A stretch of 21,340 nucleotides of DNA from Abditibacteriaceae bacterium (lineage in GTDB: Bacteria; Armatimonadota; Abditibacteriia; Abditibacteriales; Abditibacteriaceae): NCBI GenBank assembly GCA_031425655.1, contig JANPJS010000024.1, positions 1 through 21,340 on the forward strand, read 5' to 3'. The position numbers and the translations under genes were made by a program. Below are positions 9,015 to 16,446 of the stretch, in pieces (position 1 is the first letter of the stretch; the number at the start of each line of letters is the position of its first letter). Below the pieces are notes generated by a model. It did no database searches, was not told where the DNA came from, and saw nothing but the letters and a program-made list of their open reading frames with translations.

Positions 9015-9908
9015 TTAAACCGGATTGGGCACGAAGTTCCCGCCGCGACACTGTTTGAGGTAATTCAAGCCCGCGACTTGACCGGTCATTTCGAGATCGT
9101 TTTTGTAAACCGGGTCGTGCCAGCCTTCGATATCAATGCTGCCGGCATAACCGCCGCGCCGCAACTCGGAAATGATGTCCGTCCAGTTGGAATCGCCGAA
9201 GCCGGGCGTGCGGTGATACGCGAAAGTGTGCGGGCCATGCACACCGTGTTCGCGCACTACGTCCCATAAAATCGTGGCGTCTTTGCCGTGAACGTGAAAG
9301 ATTTTCGGCAGCCATTTGCGAAGCTGCGGCATCGGGTCAATCAGCGACACCATTTGATGGCACGGCTCCCATTCGAGACCAATGTTAGGGGCGGGCAGGG
9401 TGTTGAACATCATTTCCCACGCCGTCGGGTTGTGCGCGATGTTCCAATCGCCGTGCTGCCAGTCGCCGCCCATGTCGCAGTTCTCGAAGGCGATTCTTAC
9501 GCCTTTGTCCGCCGCGCGTTTGGCCAAAGGCCCAAAAACCTGCGCGTAACGCTTCATGCTTTGGTCAATCGGCACGTCCACGACGCGGCCCGCGAAGCCG
9601 CACACCATATCGCAGCCGAAAAGCTCGGCGGCGTCAATGGCTTTTTTCCAGCCGTCGCGGGTTTGCGCGTCAATTTCGCGCTCGCCCAGCGGATTGCCGA
9701 ACACGCCCAAACTGCTGATAATCACGCCGCTGTCGCCTAATGCCTCTTTGACTTCTTTCGCCAGCTTCTTCAAATTGGTGTCGCCAAGCGTTTGCCAGAA
9801 CATGATCTGAAACGACTCGAAGCCGTGCGGCAAAATTTGCCGAATGTAATTGGCTGAATTGGCGCCGCCTTTGACGATGGTGCCGATGCGAATGCTTTCG
9901 TTTTGCAT
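9015..9908 (-). CDS. Sugar phosphate isomerase/epimerase (xylose-isomerase-like TIM barrel, AP_endonuc_2 family)
   Basis: Metal-ligand motifs RIAFEN, EWEPCH, HVHGKD, PGFGD, SIDIEG. Start set at ATG 9908 with AAGGA upstream. Confidence 0.88.
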   Translation of the reverse strand: MQNESIRIGTIVKGGANSANYIRQILPHGFESFQIMFWQTLGDTNLKKLAKEVKEALGDSGVIISSLGVFGNPLGEREIDAQTRDGWKKAIDAAELFGCDMVCGFAGRVVDVPIDQSMKRYAQVFGPLAKRAADKGVRIAFENCDMGGDWQHGDWNIAHNPTAWEMMFNTLPAPNIGLEWEPCHQMVSLIDPMPQLRKWLPKIFHVHGKDATILWDVVREHGVHGPHTFAYHRTPGFGDSNWTDIISELRRGGYAGSIDIEGWHDPVYKNDLEMTGQVAGLNYLKQCRGGNFVPNPV

Positions 9909-9920
9909 GGATTCCTTTTC

Positions 9921-10033
9921 AACCACAGATGAACACGGATAAACACGGATGAAAGCTGAGATAAAAATGCGTTATGAAGCTCAAAAGGCTATTTTCAACA
10001 TCCATCTGTGTTTATCCGTGTTCATCTGTGGTT
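9921..10033. repeat. Palindromic element with arms made of three 10-bp tandem units (copy 1)
   Basis: AACCACAGATGAACACGGATAAACACGGATG (9921-9951) is the reverse complement of 10003-10033 with 1 mismatch in 31. The spacer is 51 bp and AT-rich. Confidence 0.9.
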
Positions 10034-10035
10034 AG

Positions 10036-11052
10036 TTAATTCTGTGGAACAGTCACTTTTTTCTTTTTGCGACTGCTTTCGATGGCGGCTAAAACCATTG
10101 CCAGCGATTTGAAGTTGTCGTGGCATTCGGTTTGAGGCGTTTTGCCGGTGCGTAAAAACGTCAGCATCTCGCGCAAAGCGCCGTGCATTCCGCCGTATTT
10201 GATTTTCGAGGCGGGAATGCGAAGCTCTTTTTTCGTAACGTGAAAGCCGTCGCGGCCCGCCACGACTTCGCCGCGCGAACCTTGATCTTTTTCGTTGAGC
10301 AGCGTGCCTTTAGGGCCGACAAAGCGCCAATCGCCGTTCCACGATGTGTGACAGCCCTCGGCGCACCAACTGCCGCGATAAGTGAAAATCGCGCCGTTAT
10401 TCATCTCGAAAATGCAGGTCGCGGCCACGTCGCCGCGATACCAACTGCCTGCCGGATTGAACTCGTGCGCGTAAACCGAAACCGCGTCCAAGCCCGTAAA
10501 ATACCGCGCCAGATCGAACTGGTGAATCGCCATATCGAGTATCAAAGGCGAATCCATTTCGTCGCGGAAGCCGCCGAAATGAGCGCCGATGTAAAAATCG
10601 CAGTTCATCGTGGTGATTTGGCCGAGCGCGCCTTTGCTGATTGCGTTTTGCGCCGTGTCGAGGTTTTTATCCCAGCGACGCGACTGGCTGGTCATGAACA
10701 ATTTGCCGCTGTCTTCCGAAGCTTTTACCATTTTGCGCGCCTGGGCTAAAGTGGCCGCCATCGGCTTTTCGCCGATGACGTGGCAATCGCTTTTCAGCGC
10801 GGCACAAGTGACTTCACAGTGTGCGTCGGGGATGGTTAAATCAAGCACGAAATCCGGCTGTTGCTTTTTGAGCAAGCCCGGCAAATCGCTCGAAATTTCG
10901 CACTCGACGCCGTATTTTTCGAGTTGGCGCTGTGCATTATCGAGGTTCAAATCCACCACGCCGACGATATTGACTTTCTCCGCCAAAAGCGGCGGAAACC
11001 ACGCATTGGAAATGCTGCCCGCGCCGACGATTACGGCTTTTTCTTTCGCCAT
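10036..11052 (-). CDS. Gfo/Idh/MocA family NAD(P)-dependent oxidoreductase
   Basis: AVIVGAG, GEKP, QSRRW and DMAIHQFD motifs. ATG 11052 with AAGGAG upstream. Confidence 0.92.
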   Translation of the reverse strand: MAKEKAVIVGAGSISNAWFPPLLAEKVNIVGVVDLNLDNAQRQLEKYGVECEISSDLPGLLKKQQPDFVLDLTIPDAHCEVTCAALKSDCHVIGEKPMAATLAQARKMVKASEDSGKLFMTSQSRRWDKNLDTAQNAISKGALGQITTMNCDFYIGAHFGGFRDEMDSPLILDMAIHQFDLARYFTGLDAVSVYAHEFNPAGSWYRGDVAATCIFEMNNGAIFTYRGSWCAEGCHTSWNGDWRFVGPKGTLLNEKDQGSRGEVVAGRDGFHVTKKELRIPASKIKYGGMHGALREMLTFLRTGKTPQTECHDNFKSLAMVLAAIESSRKKKKVTVPQN

Positions 11053-11129
11053 CAAATGGCTCCTTGCCCGACAAAATTGTGTGCCCGCTATCGTTTAGCA
11101 GGTTTGCGCGGGTGCGAAAAGCGTCGCGT

Positions 11130-11795
11130 TCATCGCTCGCCGGTTTCCGAATGCGGTGCGTGAACCGGCTTTGATTCCGGCGAGCCGTGTTGACGCAGCC
11201 GAATCGAAAGCACAACGATGGCGAAAACCGCCAAAAACTCGCTTTGCCAGTTTTGCATGGACTCGAACCAAAACTCCGAAGATTTGACGAATTCCCATGT
11301 CGAAATCGCTTTCTGACCGTGTTCGATTTGCTCGGCGTTGTATTGGATGGCGCCGCCCAAAGCGTGTCCGGCGAACGAAAAGAAAAACAAGCCGAGCAAC
11401 GCGATGCTTAGTGAATTGCGGTAAATCATCAGTTGCCAGCCACCTGTTTTGACGGGGCCGGGCACATCGGGGTCGTCTTTGTGCGCTTCCGGTTCGTCGT
11501 CGGTTTCTTCGTGTTTGTCAGGGTCTTTCGATTCCGCCGAGCCTTTTTGATAAAGAAACGTCGTCAGAATAATATAGCCCGCCATTTGCAGGAATTCGCT
11601 TTCCCAGTTTTCAAAAGTCGCCTGCCAGAAATGGCCGCTGCTTAGATATTGGACGTAGCTTTGTTGCGGCTTATCGTGTTCTTTGCGGTCTTCGTTGTCT
11701 ACGGCGTGCCCGGCCAAACTCTGACCCAGCCAGAGAAGCAGAAAAATGCCGATGAGCGTGATGGAAAGGCCGTTGTTGCGAAAAAATGGTTTCAT
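11130..11795 (-). CDS. Conserved hypothetical membrane protein, DUF6766-like
   Basis: Four hydrophobic segments in two homologous halves: NNGLSI...FWQATFENWESEFLQM...QKGSAESK and RNSLSI...FWFESMQNWQSEFLAV...QHGSPESK. Family name from memory. Confidence 0.8.
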   Translation of the reverse strand: MKPFFRNNGLSITLIGIFLLLWLGQSLAGHAVDNEDRKEHDKPQQSYVQYLSSGHFWQATFENWESEFLQMAGYIILTTFLYQKGSAESKDPDKHEETDDEPEAHKDDPDVPGPVKTGGWQLMIYRNSLSIALLGLFFFSFAGHALGGAIQYNAEQIEHGQKAISTWEFVKSSEFWFESMQNWQSEFLAVFAIVVLSIRLRQHGSPESKPVHAPHSETGER

Positions 11796-11888
11796 GATTT
11801 GCCTCGAAGCGCGATTTTCATAGCGCGCAGCGTGCCATTCTTCGCGCTAAAATGAATATTCCATCGGCTCGATTTTGGGCCGATTTTT

Positions 11889-12347
11889 ATGAAACATCTT
11901 GCGATCGACTTCGGCAAAAAACGGCTCGGTTTGGCGATTTCCGATGACGACGCGCGCATCGCGGTGCCTTACGAAGTGCGCGAACGGCGCGGATTAAAGC
12001 ACGATGTCGCAGAACTGCTGCAAACGGCCCGCACCTTGCGAGTCGGGCGCGTAGTTTTTGGCCTGCCGCGCCAAAGCGAAGGCGCGGGCCTGCATCACGC
12101 CGAACAAGTGCGAGGTTTGGCGAGCGCTCTCCAAAGCGCCTTTGACCAAGCGCAAATGTCCGTCGAAATCGCGTGGTGGGACGAGCGGTTTTCAACCGCC
12201 GAAGCGTTGGGCAATATGCGAAATATGGGCATTTCGGCGCGGCAAGGGCGGGAAAGCGTGGACGCGCACGCCGCTTCGGTAATTTTGCAGGGCTATCTCG
12301 ACGCGCAACGGCGTGATGAAAATTTGGAAGTTGAGGAGCTGTTTTGA
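11889..12347 (+). CDS. ruvX: YqgF/RuvX RNase H-fold nuclease (putative pre-16S rRNA nuclease / Holliday junction resolvase-like)
   Basis: LAIDFGKKRLGLAISD, VFGLP, WDERFST and VDAHAASVILQGYLD motifs; lies upstream of mltG. Confidence 0.95.
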   Translation: MKHLAIDFGKKRLGLAISDDDARIAVPYEVRERRGLKHDVAELLQTARTLRVGRVVFGLPRQSEGAGLHHAEQVRGLASALQSAFDQAQMSVEIAWWDERFSTAEALGNMRNMGISARQGRESVDAHAASVILQGYLDAQRRDENLEVEELF

Positions 12348-13408
12348 GCGAAGAGCATTCTGGGCGCGGCTCGTGGATCAAAATTCTTTTGCTGGCGCTG
12401 TTCGTATTTTCGATATTGGGCGGCATGGCCGGCTACGTGCGCTGGCGCCATGAAGTGTGGCGCTGGGAGAAAATTCCGATGTCGGATACCGTCGCGCAAG
12501 TGCCCAAAGAATGGAAGCCAGCCGAACTCGCCGGGCGCTTGCGCGACAAAGGCCGCGTGCGCGATGCCGATGCGTTTTTGGAAGCCGCGAAAGAATTGAA
12601 GATTCGCTCAATTGCGCCCGGCGGCTATTTATTGCCCAAAGAAGCCGGGCCGCGCGACTTGGCCCAGCTTTTCAGCAATCCGCCGCAACTGCTAAAAATC
12701 ACGTTTCCCGAAGGCTGGACGGCGGGACAGATCGCCAAGCGACTTACGGCCAAGAATTTTGCGGGCGGCGCCGGCCTGCGTGAACTGGCTTATCCCGCCA
12801 ACGACGCGCCGTCTTCGCTTGAAGGCAAACTGTTTCCCGATACTTATTTTTTGTCGCCTAAAGCGTCCGCCAAAGAAGTGGCGCAGCAGCTTGGCGAGCG
12901 TTTCAAGCAAGTGACGGACAACTTGTCGAAGCCCTTTCCCATCGGCGAAGGCGGAAAACCGTTGACGTTGGACGAAGTGGTGATTTTAGCTTCGGTTGTC
13001 GAGCGCGAAGCCAAACTGCCCGACGAGCGCCCGCTGATTGCCGGCGTTTTGCTTAATCGCCTGCGCAAAGGCATGCGCTTGCAGTGCGATGCAACGGTTC
13101 AATACGCGCGCCGCCGCGCCGTCGAATCGGGCGCTTTGCCCGCAGCGGAAGCCGCCAACGACGGCCAGAAAGCGCGGCTTTTGTTCCGCGATTTGGTGAT
13201 TGATTCGCCCTACAACACTTATCAGCACGCCGGCCTGCCGCCCGGCCCGATTTGCAATCCCGGCGCAGATTCGCTCAAAGCCGCCGCGCAACCCGAAAAG
13301 TCGGAGTATTTTTTCTACGTCATGTCGCCCAAATTAGGCCGCCATCGCTTCGCTAAAACCTTCGAGGAACACAAGCGCAACATCGCGTTGGCGAAGGCCG
13401 AGGAGTAA
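12344..13408 (+). CDS. mltG: Endolytic transglycosylase MltG (YceG family)
   Basis: N-terminal TM anchor; TFPEG, LEGKLFPDTY, LASVVERE, LQCDATVQY, DSPYNTY and GLPPGPICNPG motifs. TTG start overlaps the ruvX stop. Confidence 0.95.
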   Translation: MSEEHSGRGSWIKILLLALFVFSILGGMAGYVRWRHEVWRWEKIPMSDTVAQVPKEWKPAELAGRLRDKGRVRDADAFLEAAKELKIRSIAPGGYLLPKEAGPRDLAQLFSNPPQLLKITFPEGWTAGQIAKRLTAKNFAGGAGLRELAYPANDAPSSLEGKLFPDTYFLSPKASAKEVAQQLGERFKQVTDNLSKPFPIGEGGKPLTLDEVVILASVVEREAKLPDERPLIAGVLLNRLRKGMRLQCDATVQYARRRAVESGALPAAEAANDGQKARLLFRDLVIDSPYNTYQHAGLPPGPICNPGADSLKAAAQPEKSEYFFYVMSPKLGRHRFAKTFEEHKRNIALAKAEE

Positions 13409-13434
13409 GAATTTCAGGCTCGAATCCAGTAATT

Positions 13435-13929
13435 GTGCGACAACTGGCGCAAAGCGATATTGGGCTGCTCACGCGCGTTTTCGGCACGCCTCTAACGTGG
13501 TGGAGCACGCGCCGCCAGTTTCAAAACTACTGGCAGGAACAGCAAGCCGGACAGCGCACCATGCTTTTAGCCCGCTGTGATAATGAAATCGCCGGCTACG
13601 TCAATGTGTTGTGGCAGGCGCAGTATGTGGCCTTTCAAGAGGCCGGTATTGCCGAAATCAATGACCTGATCGTGGCCCGAAAATATCGTCGTCGGGGCAT
13701 CGGTGCAACGCTGATGGACGAAGCCGAACAACAAGTGGCAAAGCGTGGCCAGACAGTCGTGGGATTGGGTTGCGGCGATTCGGCTTATTACGATGCGGCC
13801 CGACGCATCTATGCCAAACGCGGCTACGCCCCAGACGGCAGCGGCCCGCAAAAGACGCCGTGGGGCATGATGATTTATATGACTAAATCTTTGCCCGGCG
13901 CCGAATTCGGCGCTGCAAAGTCCGGCTGA
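13435..13929 (+). CDS. GNAT family N-acetyltransferase
   Basis: Acetyl-CoA motif A LIVARKYRRRGIGATLM and motif B ARRIYAKRGY. Start codon uncertain (no clear RBS). Confidence 0.85.
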   Translation: MRQLAQSDIGLLTRVFGTPLTWWSTRRQFQNYWQEQQAGQRTMLLARCDNEIAGYVNVLWQAQYVAFQEAGIAEINDLIVARKYRRRGIGATLMDEAEQQVAKRGQTVVGLGCGDSAYYDAARRIYAKRGYAPDGSGPQKTPWGMMIYMTKSLPGAEFGAAKSG

Positions 13930-13950
13930 TTTTCGTATGGATCAGAAGTT

Positions 13951-14051
13951 TTAGATGTCGAAAATCAAAGCCTGCACTTCTTGCAATTTCACATTACGTT
14001 CGCCGTCGGCTACGGCTTCGATAGCGAGGCGCAAAAGCGGCTCGGTGTTGC
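13951..14051 (-). pseudogene. Orphan second copy of the 3' end of the phosphomannomutase gene
   Basis: 79/101 nt ungapped identity to 14913-15013. Translates as NTEPLLRLAIEAVADGERNVKLQEVQALIFDI* versus NTEPLLRLNLEAANDGERDVRLDEVQALIEAI*. No start codon. Confidence 0.9.
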
Positions 14052-14114
14052 CGGGGCGAGAAACGAGCGAAGGGAGCGAGGCTGCAGGCGGTCGGGTTCA
14101 GCGCCTTGTTAGGC
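14052..14114 (-). mobile_element. Truncated integron attC site (R'' and L'' boxes present, L'/R' arm missing)
   Basis: Minus strand reads GCCTAAC (RYYYAAC) AAGGC GCTGAACC CGACCGCCTGCAGCCTCGCTCCCTTCGCTCG, starting 57 bp after the stop of 14171-14788. No closing GTTRRRY arm; the sequence runs into the manB fragment. Confidence 0.7.
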
Positions 14115-14170
14115 CCGATTGTTGGTTGCTTTAGGCGGACTTGAGTAAGTGCCCTAAAAGTAACCGAACG

Positions 14171-14788
14171 CTATTTTGAGCCAAGCCGCAGAACAGGTTT
14201 CCCTAGCAACTTGTCCAAGTCAAAGTAAAGCATTCGCACCGGACGTAGACGGCTGTCTTGGCTGCTGGCTGTAATGTCTTGCTGGCGCAAGACAGCAACA
14301 GCCAGACGGCCATTACGAATTCCAGCCACGCGCGCGATAGTTTTACGCCATACCTGCCCGCGCTGTGGATGCACTACTGCGATGTGTGGTGCGCCCAATC
14401 CACCATCGGACATTGTCACCACAAACGCGGTTTGACCTGAGCGCGACCGGGCCTCCCGCACATCATCAATCATAAACTCTTCGGCCATCAACTTACGGCG
14501 CTGACCGGAACTTGTATCATAGCGCCAGAGTGACCGGCCTTCATTTTCATATCCACCTGCGCCGTCCGACCCAGCATAGAGAAGGGCGCGTCTATCTGCG
14601 ATGAGCCATGCGTCCCAAACATACTTGGCTACAGCTCGTTCACGTCCATCAATAGTAATGAATAGTGTCCCGCGCGACAGGCCAGAGCCTTCGGGAACAA
14701 TACGTTTGCTTGTAATAGACGCCGCGTGTGCTGCCTGCAAGGAACTTATCGCAACGAACAAAAGAAAACCGACTCGTTTTGGTAGCAT
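14171..14788 (-). CDS. Hypothetical secreted protein, probable integron gene-cassette ORF
   Basis: 205-aa ORF with GAGGAG RBS and signal peptide MLPKRVGFLLFVAISSLQAAHA. Uses codons that are uncommon in the neighbours (CTA, CCA, CGA, ATA, AGT in the first codons). Flanked by GTTGGGC upstream and GCCTAAC downstream. Confidence 0.8.
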   Translation of the reverse strand: MLPKRVGFLLFVAISSLQAAHAASITSKRIVPEGSGLSRGTLFITIDGRERAVAKYVWDAWLIADRRALLYAGSDGAGGYENEGRSLWRYDTSSGQRRKLMAEEFMIDDVREARSRSGQTAFVVTMSDGGLGAPHIAVVHPQRGQVWRKTIARVAGIRNGRLAVAVLRQQDITASSQDSRLRPVRMLYFDLDKLLGKPVLRLGSK

Positions 14789-14844
14789 ATTCTCTCCTCT
14801 TTCTGCTTTAACAGGATGACAAAAGTTAAAGCCGCGCGCAAGCA

Positions 14845-14863
14845 GCCCAACAAGTGATTAGAC
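14845..14863 (-). mobile_element. attI-like integron recombination simple site
   Basis: Minus strand GTCTAAT-CACTT-GTTGGGC: L box, 5-bp spacer and a perfect GTTRRRY core, the geometry of the attI simple site. The core is complementary (6/7) to the downstream attC inverse core GCCTAAC. Confidence 0.55.
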
Positions 14864-14912
14864 CGCAAAATTTCGGCGCGAAAATAGGCGTTCGTGCAGC
14901 CTCAAAGCGGGC

Positions 14913-16277
14913 TTAAATTGCTTCAATCAAAGCTTGCACTTCGTCCAACCTCACGTCGCGTTCGCCGTCGTTGGCGGCTTCGAGATTGAGGCGCAAAAGC
15001 GGTTCGGTGTTGCTCGAACGCAGGTTGAACCACCAATTCGGCATTTGCACAGTCAGGCCATCGAGATGGTCGAGTTTCGCGCCTTGCGCCGCATAATGCT
15101 CCTCGATAGTTCGCAAGATTAAAGGCGCGTCGGCCACGCGAAAATTGATTTCTCCAGTTGCCGAGTAGCGGCGGAGCGGCGCAATCATGTGCGACAGCGT
15201 TTGGCCGTCTGCGCGGCGCCAGATATTCAGCACTTGCAAGAGCGCCATCAGGCCCGAATCGGTGTTGAAGCACTCGCGGAAGTAATAATGGCCCGATAAT
15301 TCGCCGCCGAAAGGCGCGGATTTTTCTTTCATCAACCGCTTCATAAACGAATGCCCGACGCGGCCTCGAACCGGAACGCCGCCACGCTCTACGATGGATT
15401 CGGGCACAACCTGCGACGAGCGCAAATCGTAGAGAATCGCGCTGCCGGGAAAGCGTTCCAGCATTGCGCCGGCGATAAAAGCCGTGATTAAATCGCTGGA
15501 AATGCTGATCCCACGCTCGTCCACGAACATACAGCGGTCGGCATCGCCGTCGAAAGCCACGCCGAAATCGCAACCGTGCTGCAGCACGGCTTTTTCCACG
15601 TCGCGCAGGTTTTCGGCTTTAAGCGGGTCGGCTTCGTGATTGGGAAACGTGCCGTCCAATTCCCAGAAAAGCGGCACTAATTTCAGCCACGGCAGGCGCC
15701 GCGCCAGTTCGGGCAAAAAGAAGCCGGCCATGCCATTTCCGGCATCAATGGCGACTTTTACCGTTGCATCGCCCGGTTCGGCGAAAGGCGTCATGAAATC
15801 GAAGTATTCGCCTAATGCGTTTTCGACGTGCCGCACGCTGCCGCTTTGCGCCGTCGCCAAATCGGCGCCGGATTCGGCGCGTAGCACGAAGGCTTCGACT
15901 TTATCCAGTCCGGTCGAAAAATCGAGCGGCGCGGCGTTCGCGCCGCTGACTTTGAAGCCGTTATATTTCGGCCCATTGTGCGAAGCCGTGACCTGAACGC
16001 TGCCGCCGCTGTTGTAGTGGACATTCGCCCAATAATTCATGGGCGTGGCGGCCAAACCGATGTCAATCACGTCGCAGCCGCCTGCGCCTAAGCCGCGAAT
16101 GAGTTCAGCGGCCATTTCGGGCGAATGCGTGCGCATATCGCGGCTGACCACGATGGGCCGTTTTTCACCTGAAAATACTTCGGCGGCCAAACCGCGCCCG
16201 ATGAGATAAGCGCGCTGGGCGCTCAAACCGTCGCCGACCACGCCGCGAATGTCATACGCCTTGAAAATACCGCTCAT
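14913..16277 (-). CDS. manB: Phosphomannomutase/phosphoglucomutase (alpha-D-phosphohexomutase)
   Basis: IFKAYDIRG start, catalytic TASHN, metal-binding FDGDADR, sugar-binding GELSGH and C-terminal RSSNTEPLLRLNLE motifs; follows manC. Confidence 0.95.
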   Translation of the reverse strand: MSGIFKAYDIRGVVGDGLSAQRAYLIGRGLAAEVFSGEKRPIVVSRDMRTHSPEMAAELIRGLGAGGCDVIDIGLAATPMNYWANVHYNSGGSVQVTASHNGPKYNGFKVSGANAAPLDFSTGLDKVEAFVLRAESGADLATAQSGSVRHVENALGEYFDFMTPFAEPGDATVKVAIDAGNGMAGFFLPELARRLPWLKLVPLFWELDGTFPNHEADPLKAENLRDVEKAVLQHGCDFGVAFDGDADRCMFVDERGISISSDLITAFIAGAMLERFPGSAILYDLRSSQVVPESIVERGGVPVRGRVGHSFMKRLMKEKSAPFGGELSGHYYFRECFNTDSGLMALLQVLNIWRRADGQTLSHMIAPLRRYSATGEINFRVADAPLILRTIEEHYAAQGAKLDHLDGLTVQMPNWWFNLRSSNTEPLLRLNLEAANDGERDVRLDEVQALIEAI

Positions 16278-16303
16278 TTTTGCTCGCTTCCCAAAAAGAT
16301 TTC

Positions 16304-16435
16304 AACCGCGGATGAACGCGGATAAACGCGGATATTTTAGGGAATCGGCCTTAAATGAGAGCACTATGCCCAACTTTCAGGCTCTCATTTCCCAAATCTA
16401 AAATCATCCGCGTTTATCCGTGTTTATCCGTGGTT
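16304..16435. repeat. Palindromic element with arms made of three 10-bp tandem units (copy 2), with additional inner stems
   Basis: AACCGCGGATGAACGCGGATAAACGCGGAT (16304-16333) pairs with 16406-16435 (27/30). Inner IRs ATTTTAG/CTAAAAT (16334-16340/16398-16404) and AAATGAGAGC/GCTCTCATTT (16353-16362/16381-16390). Confidence 0.9.
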
Positions 16436-16446
16436 AAAAATTGAAT

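Noticed and set aside
9921..10033. 10-bp tandem repeats as a CRISPR array
   Set aside because: Units are adjacent with no unique spacers, are arranged as inverted arms, and there are no cas genes.
11889..13408. ruvX-mltG overlap as a novel association
   Set aside because: This gene order is common in many bacterial phyla.
14845..14872. attI-like site as a Xer dif site
   Set aside because: It lacks the TTATGTTAAAT XerD arm and the 11-6-11 layout.
13951..15013. manB tail pair as a DGR TR/VR pair
   Set aside because: Mismatches involve all four bases rather than only adenines, and no reverse transcriptase is in the window.
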